DNA of 64,000 nt from Basidiobolus meristosporus CBS 931.73 (Eukaryota; Fungi; Basidiobolomycota). The notes beneath the pieces are model-generated. The model ran no database searches, was not told the origin of the DNA, and was given only the letters and a program-made list of their open reading frames with translations. The stretch is taken from assembly GCA_002104905.1 (NCBI GenBank), contig MCFE01000334.1:28588-92587 (forward strand), in the 5' to 3' direction. Positions 1 to 13,630 of this stretch are shown here, piece by piece. Numbering within the stretch: the first letter of the stretch is position 1; every line of letters begins with the position of its first letter. A program made the position numbers and the translations under genes.

Positions 1-113
1 CCAATATCCGTTCTCCTGTTAGAATCCAAGATAATGTTCATGGACCAAGTCATGATCATTCTGCTTGTTCTGTGTTCCTGATGGTCCCATGGTATGCCAG
101 CCTTAAGGTGATG

Positions 114-1177
114 TGTGGTAATGGAAAGTATTCCATTACTACAATATCTCAAAACCAATATTGCACTCATTTCTTTATTTTGCTTTTTGCTATTGTAACA
201 CAAAGGTGAAAGATCAAGAATTTACAACTTTGAAGGACAAATACTCTAGACCCTGACAATCAATCCACCCAAGAGTATTATGTCATACAGAACGTGCAGT
301 AGCCAACATTTTTTTATATTAAAGCTCATTTGAAGCAGTACTTAGGAGTTATGACCAAAGGAGTCCAATTGTTATATATACTAGGCCACTATTGCTAGGA
401 TTACAATGGTGACTTTGATTGTGTGTAACTTTTGAACCAGCCATTCAAATCACGTGAGGTATTTACAGATACTGCGCCTATGTCTGACCATTGCAACTGC
501 AGCATTTTAGCTCTGTATCACATGTATTGCTTGCACAATTGCCCAAAGACTTTGATCCTTCAGAAGTTTTGTATATGACTTCCCCAGCTGAAAAATAAAG
601 GAGAGCCTCTCTTTCCATAATCTCCACACTACAGTTACAAGTTTAATGGCTATTAGACTTCCCCTGCATCACTTGCACTGTTGGGTATTCTGACTTTGAC
701 TGATACTACATCAGTACAGAGACTGCAAAGCTGACAAAAATCCAATCTAAGTTCTGCAAGAAACTACCACTTTTCTGCTGGAAAAGTCCCCTCTAAGAAA
801 CCCCTTTACTCTAAAGAGACCCCTTTAGAGACTTCTACAGCACACCCCTTTAAGTAAACAGGGGAGCTCAGAACTTTCATATCAGGAAATATTTTCTCAG
901 AAAGGAAAGTGACTTCCAAGCAAGGAAAAGCTAATATAAAAGTAAATAAGCCCATTAGTCTACAGAAGGTAAGAATACTGCTGTAGAAGTGAGAAACACT
1001 GCCTATAGTATATATAGAGCCTAAGATTGAGGATATTACAGAAAGTTATATCTTCTATTGGTATATCAAACTCCCAATAAACTATTTCAGTATTAGCACA
1101 CTGGAAGTTGTTGTATATTGCTGATTAGCCTCTATATTGTAGAACAAGCCCCAAACTAATCATAATACAACACAACA
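114..1177. mobile_element. Solo LTR-like insertion (1064 bp, TG...CA) with 4-bp TSD GATG
   Basis: Starts TGTGG and ends CAACA, flanked by GATG (110-113 and 1178-1181). The homologous empty site AGGTGATGGTGTGCTAGACT is at 34361-34380. Confidence 0.8.
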
Positions 1178-2199
1178 GATGGTGTGCTAGACTTCTGATG
1201 GCCTCTTGAATATTGGCCTACTCTTCATTATTGCACTCAAAGGGTTCACAGATATTCAATGTCTTTTGATTCTTAGGCTTTGGTATAAACAAAGCATTGT
1301 ATCCCTCCTATGCTGTGATAGGTTTTTCTGTGGGCTTTATCTTCAGGCACTGTTGTTGTGCTTCAAAGACTGTATGGTGTTTCAATGCTGTTACATTGGG
1401 ATATTGCTCAATTCTTGGCTGTGACATTGTGCTACTTGAGTTCCTTCTTTGCAGCAAAGATACTGCTTTGTCTACCTGGGATATTGATAGCTCTACACAT
1501 ATTGTCCACTCATCCTGCTTCTGGACTATTTCCTGATTTCTCTGGGCCATTGTATCTATTCTATTAGCCTCAGCACCTCATTGCTTCATTAATGCTTTGG
1601 TATAAGCTGGCAACATACTTACTAATACTGTTGGTGGTGATGTTATAGCAGCTACTTGCTAGTCTTCAACTGAGTGTACTGCATTTGCTACATTCTCATC
1701 TGCCCAAGAATAACAGTCAGCATGTGGCTCCGCTGAGGTTCTCAATTGCCTTCCTGACTGAGAGCCTGCAGAGTCTGCATTATTACCTTTGGTTGACTCT
1801 GTTATCATGGCCTTTTTTGGATGAAGCCCTGGTTGTTTCACTGAATGTCAAAGCAAGCTGTTGTCCAACTGTTCTTCTGCTGCCATCACAGTGGGGCTTG
1901 GTTGGGAACCACACAACCTTGCTTTATTTTTCAGCAGCATATATATAGAGGTGAGTCAAACCAAAGGGGAAATAATATTACATACACATGTTTATGCAGT
2001 GCCACAACTTTGCTTATAATGCTTACTATGGCAGGTCATCATTGAATCTTATGTTCATGTAGGTGGAATGTCTGAAATACAAGACTGTCTTAAATTCACA
2101 TGAGTATTGACCAAAAAGTGATATAATAGCATTTCTTTGTTCTAGATTGAACTCTTTGCCCCATGGGCCAGACTACTCTGACTCAATGCTGTAAGAGAA

Positions 2200-4920
2200 G
2201 AGGAAAAGTCCATGTGGCTACTGTAGCAAGCCTCTCAGCCATGAAGTATGCAGACAGCATAGGAAGTATTATAAGGATCATGGCCAGTGTTTTGCCACAC
2301 AAGTCATAGTTGACCATTCATTGGTCACTAGTGTACCAACATTATCTTGCCAGCCAGTTTAAAATTCTATATTGGCACCTGGCCATCTTTGTCACCTTAC
2401 ACAATCTGAGTCAGGTGAGTATGTAATGCCTTTAGGCTCAGCTCAGCCTTGAGAATATGGCACACAGAGTGATAGCTCTGACAAAGAAGTCTCACTGATG
2501 GATTGTAAGCCTTTCTCCCCTAACAAAAGTACCACATATGAGCCTGGTCAAATCCCAATATACAATGAGACAACACCTGTTGGACCAAATGCCAAGGATA
2601 CTTTATGGAGCCAAGTGAACCCAGTAATCCAACTACTGGTGACTGATGTGATATTGTGGCTAGAAAAATGCAGCATTTCCACTAATATCTGTAATGGGGG
2701 CTTTGGGGATTTATTACCACTTCTTGCCAAAATCTTTCCAGGTTACAACTTACCATGTACACAGTATAAGTGGACAACTGTCATGCAGCTGGCAACATAT
2801 GATCCCAAGACTGTTCTGATTTGAGCATGTGTTAACAGTTGCATGGCATGCACATCCAAAAGTGCTACCATTGCAACATGTCCAAATTGACAGGAATCCT
2901 CCACCATTGAGGGAAAACATTGCTCACACTTTGGATGTACTCCAGTAATGCCCAGTCTAAAGAAGCTAATACAGTACAACAATTATTGCAAAGCTATACA
3001 GTACCACACCCAGTATCAATTAAGTGCAAACACATCCAATATATGTGATGGCAAACATTAAAAACAGCTAAGAAGCAAGGGCTACTTAGAAGGTCAGTAT
3101 GACCATGCCTTTGCCTTAGCACTTGCAGGATTTTCATTGAACAAGTGCTCTACCAGCCAATCCTGCTGGCCACTGATTCTTGTAAATCTGAATCTACTGC
3201 CCATCTTACAGTATCCAAGTAATAATCTGATGGTAGTCTCACTAATATCTGGGCCAAAATCACCATCCAGCCTGGATAGCTACCTGTATTCGTTGCTGGA
3301 TGAGTTTGTATACTGTCCTGAGGTATAACAGTAAATGGCCATCATATAAAGCACATATTATTATCTGTATTGGAGATACCCCAGCCATCAGCAAAATAGC
3401 AGATTTTTCTGGGCACAATTAACAATATTGCTGTGGAATGAGTGAAATCCAGGGGATTTACTCAATAACTCACACACATTATTATTACTCAAACACCAGC
3501 ACCAAGAACAACATCTTCCCACAGAGAGAACATACAGGAGTCAGCATGCAATTGCAGCAAAGTTGGCAAGCAATAAGCCATTGGTTGGAACTTGGAATCA
3601 ATCAGAAACCAGAAATACTTAAGACAGTGGGTATCTATTGAAGCAAAAGCTTTACACTGGGAGCAATGCACTTACTTTTCAACAATATACTATACCAATG
3701 ACCAACTTGTATATGGGGCCATTCAAAATACCAAAAAATTGAAAGGATTGGCAAGAAATTACAGAGTATTCCCCACCCTGAGTACTTCTCCCAAGCTCCA
3801 ATCATTATTCATATGTATTTGCAGCAATATGAATGTAAAGACTGGATGAACTGGATATGTGATTATTCAAGTTGCGTTCAGAAGCCATTCCTACCAACAG
3901 TACATTGGAAGCATTGGGAGTTATATGTGAACATTGTAGGAGTATTTATCCAGAAGCAGATCACCAATGCCAACTTGACACATCTACAGCTGTTCTGCAA
4001 GGAGTTTGTTACAGGATTTGAGCAGCTACGCTACAAACATAAAGCTGATCATGTAGATCTCTGCCACCACTGTATCCCTTCTTTACCCCATCTGGCATGG
4101 TGTGGAAAATATTGGGCCTTGCTTCACCTATTTGGAGTTTCCTATGGAGCAGATGTGTGGGGAGATAGGAAGACAAGTCAAGTTGCAAGTACTACCATAT
4201 CCCAATCTCATCAAGAATATCACCTTCAGGTCTGTCATGGATGTGATGAGGTGGCACATGGAGGACAGCCAGGAAGAGCTGGAAAATACCAAGGACAGAT
4301 GTGCCCATGGAGACACCTATGCATATGGCATTAAAAAGCTAAGCAGCCCCAATGTATGGGTAATCAGCTAACTAATGCAAAGTTGGGTTGGGTGCAACAA
4401 GCAACTATTTTTTGTCAGGAAAACTCTACCAAGGCATGCTGGATTTCTTATTATCACAAGCCAGCTTCTACACCATTAAATACAGAATTCACACAAACAA
4501 GAGCCAGAGCACACCTATAAGGGAGACTAGAATCCAGCAGGGAGAAGGAATATATTAGCTAAGTACCAAGATGTTCCTTGGGGATTTTCAGGAGGTATAC
4601 ATGGCAGAAGTGGCAACAACCTAGCATATGTTTGCAAGATGTATATGTTACCAGCAGTACAAGGTATATGGCAACTTTGCAAGTATCACACTAAGAAGCT
4701 GTAACACTGAGGTGATAGAAGTATGTCAATTGCAGCAGGTATGTGTGCTTGTAGAGGTTAGTAAGCAGGAGGCCATAGTTTTTTGGACTTGAACTCTATG
4801 TGGAATACCCAAGGTAGTAGTGGGTAAGCAAGTATAGAGGGGTGATTCTACAGTGGAATATATGAATTGCACAACAGGAGGTAGAAAAAGGAAACACCAT
4901 TTGGTAAATTGGTACAGTAG
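2200..4920 (+). pseudogene. Tnp2/Transposase_21-family CACTA transposase with stops and frameshifts
   Basis: Fragments include N-terminal PCGYCSKPLSHEVCRQH, ICDGKH, CWPLILVNLNLLPILQYPSNNLMVVSLISGPKSPSSLDSYLYSLLDEF and ENIGPCFTYLEFPMEQMCGEIG. These match the WP...NLPP...IPGP..P...DSYL.PL.DEL and GP....WxFPME motifs of fungal CACTA transposases. Confidence 0.85.
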
Positions 4921-5519
4921 CATTATACAGAACTAGCTGTAGACCACCATACTGCCAATATAATGCCATCAGAGTCTTGCTGTGAGGCTGTCAAAATACT
5001 GTCAAGTTTCTTGCCATATAAGGCAATTGGATGTCCTGGCCAGTTGGATCTACTTGAAATAGTTGTAGAGTGCAATAAGACTGCAACAATGCCATGCAAT
5101 TATTGTCACAGCACCAATTAAATCTTGACAAGTTTTATCACTTTATTTGGCACCAATGTTAGGAAAATACTGTCATGATCCTGTCATAAGAATGTTCACA
5201 AGGTCACTAATTCCAAGCTGCTGGTATTATGATGGTCTCAAAGCAGGATCCTGACAGCTGATCTGGATTGGATTCACCCACAGGACCAAATCAATATTCA
5301 TAGGGACAGGTCAAGCAGATGAGTAATTGTTGAGGAAAACTTTCAGGGTAAGGTCAGCTTCAGGGAATCTCGACTTGAAGAGAAAGTCCTCCTATGCAAG
5401 TAAGAAATCTGAGGATAGTATGGCACAACTAATCTGTATGAGAAATAAGTGTAATGAGCCAAGCACAAGGCTGTCCCAAGACTTAAGTCCTAGAACTATG
5501 TTGTATTGATGGTGTTAGG

Positions 5520-6290
5520 ACACCATGCAAAAATTGCTGGTCCAAAAGTGCACCTCAATCTCACAAGATACTTGGACAATATATTATTCAGAGCAGGCAC
5601 TAAGCTGCACTTCATTGGCTATCTACTGATACGCTTTGTTTCTGATTCAGGACACTCAACTGATCACCCCTGATGGCACAAGAAACTTAGCTCAGATGTT
5701 TAATTGAAACAATACTAAAGCATCTTTTAATTGGATCTTTGATAGTCCACTCACATTCTTATTGCAGACACTCAAGTACCTCATTTACTTGAGCACATTG
5801 TGTGGCCAATGCCAATTTAGCAAACTCTTTTTTCCAAGCATCATTGGTACTCTTACTTTTCATGCAGATAAGCTTACTTACTTTGAGTAAATCTCTGGTT
5901 GATTTTCAATCACATATTGTACAGATGCATAGATGTTGCTATATTCATCACAGGCACTCAACCCAACTAACACTCAACAGGTATCTTCATTGAGCTCATT
6001 AAGCGACCTGTAATTATGCGATGCCGACCTTTTTCTGTGACTTTGGTGTTTGGCCCACAACTTTCTACCACTATTTATTCACTAGTTCTAAGGCACTCCA
6101 GTGTGTAATTGGACTTTTACAGCTCCAAAATTGCACTGTAGGTGTTATTATACTCCTCTGATTTTTTAATACAGTTATTTTGCCTCTCAGCAGAATCTTG
6201 GCTCCATCTACCATAGAGGATACTGAGGCCCTGGTAAACAAGCCGCCTTGCTCTTCAAGCTGATCTATTTTATGAAGTTAAAGTCAGGTG
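5520..6290 (-). pseudogene. Heavily decayed copia-gag-like remnant, possibly the continuation of element D
   Basis: Minus-strand fragment VLVGLSACDEYSNIYASVQYVIENQPEIY resembles the LL.GL..EY..I...IE motif of copia gag. Many stops. Confidence 0.3.
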
Positions 6291-6299
6291 GCTGTGCTG

Positions 6300-7063
6300 C
6301 CTATTCCTCTGAAAATGGCTGCTGTCTTATTTAAACTTCATTGAATTCCTGAAAGCAGCCAAACATAGTACCTTCTACCAAAGATGTGGAGTATATGGCA
6401 GCCTGTGAAGCTATAAAAGAAGGAATGTGGTTGAGTAAGCTTCTTAAAGATTGAGGCCTATGTCAAAAAATCTCTATTACTTTACTTTAAGATAATCAAG
6501 GATGTATAGATTAGGTAGAAATCCAACTTTTCATGCTAAAACTAAGCACACTGATATAAGACATCATTTCATAGGTGAAGCTATAGTAAATAACTTAGCT
6601 AACTTAGCTTACTGTTCTACAGATGAAATGATAGCAAACATAGTTACCAAACCATTTGCTAGAGACAAGTTTGAATATCTTAAGTCAGAATTAGGACTAA
6701 TCAGTATGAACATTTAGTTGAGTGGGAGTATTGCAAAAGTTTAGAATTCCACCTAGATATTCCCCTAATTTAGTCACTTATATTGGTACCTTCAAATCCT
6801 AGAGATAACTGGCCAAATTTCTTGTTGTGATTTACTCAAAATATTCTCAGCAAAATATCAGGTATTCAGAACATGAAAATTAGATTAGCTGACCAAACAG
6901 CCCCAAGCCTTGCACACATGTTTATGAGATCTTCCTAAGCCTACTATACATGGTTATTAAGCCAAAACCATGTAAAGTATAAATACTACTTTCACATTGA
7001 ATAAATTGTTAAGTGAAAACCGCAAAATCTATTTGTTCTCCCAGTCACCTCTAACTTCTCCAA
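6300..7063 (+). mobile_element. Ty1/copia copy A: RNase H, polypurine tract (PPT) and 3' LTR (6729-7063; last 18 bp displaced to 14217-14234 by element B)
   Basis: Translation KQP..VEYMAACEAIKEGMWLSKLLKD..DNQG..RNPTFHAKTKHTDIRHHF..MIANIVTKP, then PPT GTTGAGTGGGAG and an LTR homologous to 9824-10171. Confidence 0.9.
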
Positions 7064-10000
7064 TATTACAATATTCTAAGTAGTATTGGAAGTTATGTGG
7101 AGAACCAAAGGATTTACAAGTCATACACTTTTAGATTCATGGATCAAAGTATAGTATCAATACTTTTGATAAAGTAAAGCAAACAAACATGTAGAGTCTG
7201 CTAAGGAGGGTCCCAAGAATATGTGTGCAAAGGCTGGGGGCATTTTGACAACTTTGAGAAAGATCCTGTTCTGGGAACCTGATAATTTGATGAGAATATT
7301 CCAAGCAAATCCCAACAAGAAATTTGGTCAGGAAAGAGTGCTAATCAGAGAACAAAATCTAGTTGACTAAGCTAACATGAATATTTAGGTGACAACTCAA
7401 TAATAACAACACTCGCACTTAACAAAATATTCATGAGTAATAAATTCATATTGAGAGTGTGCAATTTGTAATAAGCCTATAAGATTTAACTGTGCTGCAT
7501 ACTGGACTAGTATATTACTCAACAATATATGCATTATTGACCAACTTAATCACACAAGAAACTTGTAACTCAATGTTCATATCTACTTGATAGTATGCCT
7601 AAAAATACAAATGATCTAATCCAAATACTAATCATTAGCTTTGATCAATTGCACAGGCTTAAATAATGCTCTACATCTAGGTGTCAGATTGTTACAGTGA
7701 TATATAGCCTCTAGGCTATTCAATACTTCTTATTTGAGCAAAAATGACCCACATGTGGTCAAGTTGAAGTTTAGTCATTTACAGCAGATCTGGAGTTTCA
7801 TTATTTCCAGGAAAAAGTCCAATTCATTTAGACAACTTCACTTTATGTCTATATTAGGCTTGGTGACAGTTACTCCCATCACATAGACTCTATATGAGGT
7901 AAAAGAGATGACCTATATTGGGCCAAGCTGAGGTTTTGTCATTTAGGCCTGATCCAGATAATCCTCATTTCCTGGCAATACAGCACATACAACATGGCCA
8001 AAAATTAAAGGTTTTTGCTCAGCTCTACACTCAGATGGCCTGCTCCCACTCAAATCATTTCAGTTTAGTGACTTGTATCCACAAAAATGAATTAGAGTTG
8101 TCATCTTTGTCCTCCTTGGGCAGCATTAACTTTCTTTTGATTGATTTCTTCATATATAATTGATTCAAAGTCTATTTGCTTCTTGATTTACCCAGTTTGG
8201 TATCTGAAACTACCATAGATTGTTTAGTAGCTACCTTTAGAGTGCTTCTACAGATTTAGATTGATACAGCTGCTTTTGTCTTTTCAGAATTTACTTGTAG
8301 AGTAGATATTGGTGCTTTTCCAGAAGTGAGATTCTCTTTAACAAGGGCTTTGATTATCTCTATTCACCCAATAATTATTTTCAGCCTTGTTCTTGGTTTG
8401 CAATACTATCTGATCTTCTTGGTGTATTCAGAATCCATAACAACTGTCTGGTTGATCCTTGCACCTTTTTCTTCCAGCTCCATAGACAGCACAAATTAAG
8501 ACTTCTCTATTAAATAATCTGCACCAATATAATATAATATATATATAAAGTTCCAAGGCTCTTCTGGGGTTTCTGGCATGAGAGCTTTGTAAAAGAGACT
8601 TCATGGACCATCCCTGCACTATCAGATAGTCCAAATATAGGCTCCATATGCTTTGGCTCCATCTTGAAAGTACCCTAACTTGTGGTAGTAGTATTTTCCC
8701 ATTTTTCTTCTTTTTCTTTTTCTGCTGATGATCCATGGGAGATTCCTTTTGTGGGATGGTTTTGGACCTCTTTACAGGTGGGACCATGGTGTGTATGAGC
8801 ATAGAAGACCTCATGACATCATTTATGCAGAATATTTGACTATTGCAGAGTGATATAGTCAAAATTGGCATCCACTTAGATCAATCATAACATCTGTTAG
8901 AGTTGACCAAATTTGATTAAATAAGCAGCATTTGAAAGCTAGTATCATCAGTGCTTTGGTATCCCACTACAGTATATCAGCATCTTGAGTTGCAGAGTTT
9001 GACAGTGACTTGATCAATCACAGTTCTTCTGGTCTGATTCAGAAAATCTAATGTCATCAATATTTTCTCCCTCTGTAATGAGTGATATATATAACAAATA
9101 TACATACTATGCTATCTTCTGAGTAGCTCTTAGCTGTGTACTGTCCAACTGTTGCTTGATTGTATACTTCAATCAGGCTTGCAATCATTTGCTTCACTAT
9201 TTCTGGCTGAAAGGAAATATTCTTGAGTTAATTTTGCTAAATTTGTATAACACTTTCTCGCACTGTTTTGAGATTTAAGCAGAGTGATAAAACATCTAAC
9301 AGCTCTATATTTAGCTCCGGGTATATTGGCTTCAGATTCAAGGTACTTGATGCAAATATTTCATTCTTCCATTGGATGGTGTAGTACATATCCATACTAC
9401 TGGGAATTTATATGTATTATATATCATTAGGATCCTTACAATCCAAGGAGCTTATTTCTGAGATTTTTTTTCTATCAATAGGTAGTCCATAATGGTGGCT
9501 AACAGCTCCAGTAGTTGCAGTCTCAGCCTTATTTTGAGTGGGAACAGGTTTGGTAAAATCTTCCTCCGGCAATCATTCAATAATGATCTATTTTTTTTAC
9601 AATTCAGGATAATATAACAATATATTTCATGGTAGATCTGGACCCTCAATTGCTTGATTACGCAATGTTCTTCAGTAGTGGTATAGTACCAACCTATTAT
9701 ATTCCTTGACATATGTACATGAAGGCTTGATAGACTCTCCTTCATATATAGCTTGAGTAGTTACTGAATGAGTCTTTTGATGGTAAGGCCTTCTTTTCCA
9801 CAACAATATTCTCATGAGCATATTGTTGTAAGAGTTTGTAATTCCACCTAAATATTCACCTAACTTTGTCACTTAGATTGCTACCTCCAAATCCTAGAGA
9901 ATACTGACCAAAATTCTTGTTGGGATTTACTTAGAATATGATCAATGGAATATCAGGTACCCAGAACATGAAAATTCTCAAAGTTGTTCAAACAGCCCCA

Positions 10001-10171
10001 AACTTTGCACACATGCTCTTGGGACCTTCCTAAGCCTACTCTACATGTCTTTTATGTCAAGACCATCTGGAAGTATAAATACCACTTTTACATTCAGCAA
10101 GTCCTTAATTGAAACCACATAATCTACTTGTTCTCCCAATCACTTCCAATATCTCCAAGACTCTGACAACA

Positions 10172-10183
10172 GGTTATGAGCCC
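10172..10183 (+). promoter_or_regulatory. Primer-binding site GGTTATGAGCCC (Ty5/copia type, anticodon stem-loop of initiator tRNA-Met)
   Basis: Immediately follows the LTR-terminal CA and contains the gag ATG at 10176. Confidence 0.85.
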
Positions 10184-13100
10184 CATGCTGTCCCACTCAG
10201 CAATGTCTACCACAGCCATTACTGGAACCTTTCCCTCAGCTGAAAAGCTGGATGGATCTAACTACATAGTGTGGAAGGTGAAGATGAAGGTGATACTACA
10301 AGAAAGAGGCCTTTGGGATATTGTCATGGGAGAAGAATGCCATCCTAAAAATATGGGAGAGGAATCCTTAAAGTATCAGAAGATAGAACAAAGTGCCTTT
10401 AACTGTATTTGCCATAATGTCAACAACAAGTTGCTAATTCAATGCTCAAGAGCAAGAACAGCAAAGAATGCCTGGAAGTAATTAGAAGACACCTACTGGT
10501 CATGTTCAGCTGCCAAGAGAAAGTATTGTAGACACAAATTATTTACTACAAAGATGCTGCCAGGAGAAGAAAGGAAAAATCTGATCAATAGAACTACACT
10601 GCTGGCGGATGAGATGGAATCTGTGGGTGCACCAACTACTGATGAGGAGGTGATAGTAACCATCCTGAATAGCCTGACAGACAAGCTTAAGGATATTGTA
10701 TCAGCCTTAGAGTCCAGAACTAAAGATTTGACCTTAAATTATGTATATGGAAGGCTCCTGAATGAAGAATTAAGAAAATCAAGCGCTAATTAGAAGGAAG
10801 AAGAAAATTCTTTAATAAGCATTGATTACCAACAAAGAAGATACCCAATACCTTTTAAAGGCAATAGCAACCTGTTCTGCAACTACTGCAAAGTGAAAGG
10901 ACATACCTCAGACCAGTGCTTCAAAAAGAGAGATACTTAGCAGAAAAAGCCTGAATATGGAAATGCTGCAACAACTGAAGATAGACTTTTCAAATCTGCA
11001 CTAAGTATGATCACAAACAAGGATTCTCAGACGTGTTACATTAACTCTGGAGCATCTAAGCACCTTACAGACCAAAAGGCACTTTTCACCAAATATCAAG
11101 AAACTCCAATTAAGTTGGTTTTCATGGGTGACAATAGAACACTTGATGCAGTGGGAGGAGGAACTACCCAAGTTAACCTTAGAAGCAGTAAAGAAAATCA
11201 TACACTGCCCTTTAAAGAAGTACTCTTTATACCAGAAATAGCCATGAACCTACTAGCTATAAGCAAGGCCATAGCAGAAGGTCTCAGCTTTAGCTTTGTC
11301 AATTCTGGATGCAGGATCACTGCTCAAAATGGTGCCCATATTGCTTTGGGTATCAGAGATCATAATCTGTATAAGTTGACTTATATTCCATCATATCAGG
11401 AAGCCAATATAAGTAACTTAAATCAGAAACATCAATGCTTTGACACAGGAGATTTGGACACATCAATTTTGATTATATGTGCAAAATGATCAAATCTCAA
11501 CTGATTTCTGGTGTTAAAATTGATCCACCAGCTAATTGAAAGCACTGTGCAGCCTGCATATATGGGATACAAGCCAGAAAACTGTTCAAGAGCTCTGGGT
11601 TAATTAAAACTAAGAAAAAATTAGATCTAGCTCACTCAGATCTGTGTTGACCCATGCAAGATTATTTGTTAAGTGGGATGAAGTATTTAATCACCATTAT
11701 TGATGATATACAAAATACATGTGGGTGTACTTCATGGAGAGAAAGGAAGATGCTCTGTCTAAGCTCAGGCAGTTTAAAGCCATGGTGGAGAGAGAAACTG
11801 GTGAAGAACATCAAGAAAATATGCTCTGGCAATGGTAGAGAAAACACCTCAAAACTCTTCATCCATTTCTGCAATGTTCATGGGATAAAGCAAGCAACTA
11901 CTCTACCATACTCCCTACAGCAAAATGAAGTAGCAGAATGTGCAAACTGATCAATAATTGACATGACAAGATCTATGATCCATGATCCATGATCAAAAAT
12001 TATCCTATGACTTTTGGGCAGAATTAGTTGACACAGCAGGTATGCCTTAAGAATAGGTGTTATAACAGAATACTTTGTGATTCTACTCCACTTGAAGCAT
12101 GGTATGAATACAGACAAAGTGCAGAACATCTGAGAATATTTTGGTGTACATTGTATGCCAAGAAACTGCTCAGAAATCAGTCAAAATTTGAGCCAGAAAG
12201 TGTAAAATGCATATGCTTGGGCTACTGCAGTGAGAGCAAAGCATACAGACTCTACAATGCCAAAGCAAAAAGCTAATCAAGTCCAGGGGTGTGTTGTTTA
12301 ATGAACATTCTATATACTCACACAAAATGACATCAGTTGATGTCAAAAATCTGATCTCAGGTCCACCAATTGTCAGGATTGAATCAGAGCAAAACTATGA
12401 ATATTTTATCACTCTAGAGGACTCTACAGCCACAGTTCAGCCTGAAGCAGTACCCAGGAATATCCCATAAGTGATCATTCCAATATCAAATGCCTGGATA
12501 TCCAACTGGACTAGAATTAGCCCAGATTACTATATCAATGAGTGTACAGACTTAACCTATGCCTATTCAGTCCATTTTGATGAAGCCCAGACTGCAAAAG
12601 AGGCCCTAAATATCCCTCAGACAAAGTTTTGGAGATCTGCAATGACTGAAGAATATCAGACCCTAATGGAGAATCAAATCTGGTACTTAGACAAGTTACT
12701 AATCAACCAATAATCAATTGGATGCGGATGGGACTTTAAGGCAAAATACATGGCTGATGGTACAATTGAAAGATATACAGCAAGAATTGTGGCCAAAGGA
12801 TACTCTCAAACAAAAGGACTTGACTATACTGAGACTTTGCACTGGTAGCCAAGTTTAATTCTGTCAGATTAACATTGGCTATTGCAGCCAAATATAGGTT
12901 TTTATTGCATCAAATGGATGTAAAAACTGCATTTTTGGAATGAAGAGCTTGCTAAGGGCATCTATATGGACCAGGCTGATGGGTTTGCTGACCAAGATGA
13001 TCCCCATTTGGTCTGCAAGCTTAATAACTGTCTATGTGGACTCAGAAAATCACCAAAAGCCTGGAGTTGCAAGATAGATTCTTATTTGGAATCTTTGAGT

Positions 13101-13630
13101 TTCAAAAGGAGTAGTGCTGACTATAGTATATACTATAAGCCAGATAGAGCAAATTCAGCTCTATTAGCTCTATAATTGGATGATCTTTTTATAGCCACCA
13201 ATAACCACAAAACATTGGTAGCAACTAAATCCAGCCTATCTAAAGAGTTCAGGATGTCTGATCTAGGAGAACTCAGCTACTACTTAGGGATAAAGTTCTT
13301 CATAGACAGAAGTACCCAGGCTATCACACTAAGCCAATCCAAGTACCAAATGGAAGACTGTAAACCAGCAGCTACCCCAATGGAGACAAACATTAACTTG
13401 GTCAAAACGCAACTAAATCAAGTGAGCTTGGTGCCATCTGAAAGCCCTGACTTTTCTTTTAATCTGTGGTCTGCAGTCAGATGTATATTATGCTTGGGAC
13501 ATGTCCAGATATCTTGTATTCAGTGAGAGTTGTCAGCCAGCATATTCAGAACTATGGATCTGATCATATTGCAGCAGTCTAGCAGATTTTTAGATACCTA
13601 AAAGGAGCTGCTGATATCTGTTTAAAATAC
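10176..13630 (+). pseudogene. Copia gag-protease-integrase-RT polyprotein, disrupted
   Basis: EKLDGSNYIVWKVKMKVILQERGLWDIV (gag), CNYCKVKGHTSDQC (zinc knuckle), YINSGASKHL (protease), HSDLC..MKYLITIIDD and QQNEVAECAN (integrase), YTARIVAKGYSQ..LDY, QMDVKTAF and DDLFIA (RT). Domain order is diagnostic of Ty1/copia. Confidence 0.93.

Larger units (their letters stand above)
1..5305. mobile_element. Decayed CACTA/EnSpm (CMC) DNA transposon, copy 1; left end lies outside the window
   Basis: Contains a Tnp2-type transposase remnant. Right terminal inverted repeat (TIR) AATATTCATAGGG (5293-5305) matches 11/13 the reverse complement of CCCTATGAAAAAT (32141). Segments 18-112, 1181-2035 and 4782-5305 align with about 34272-35218 and 37153-37681 of copy 2. 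Confidence 0.8.

Noticed and set aside
7900-9823. Apparent decayed intron-containing host gene on the minus strand (GTATGT...CAG and GTAAGG...CAG look-alikes)
   Set aside because: The region lies between the paired LTRs of copia copy B and aligns with the gag, pre-integrase (CAATTTTGACTATAT vs CAATTTTGATTATAT) and integrase of copy C. The splice-like sites are chance features of AT-rich decay.
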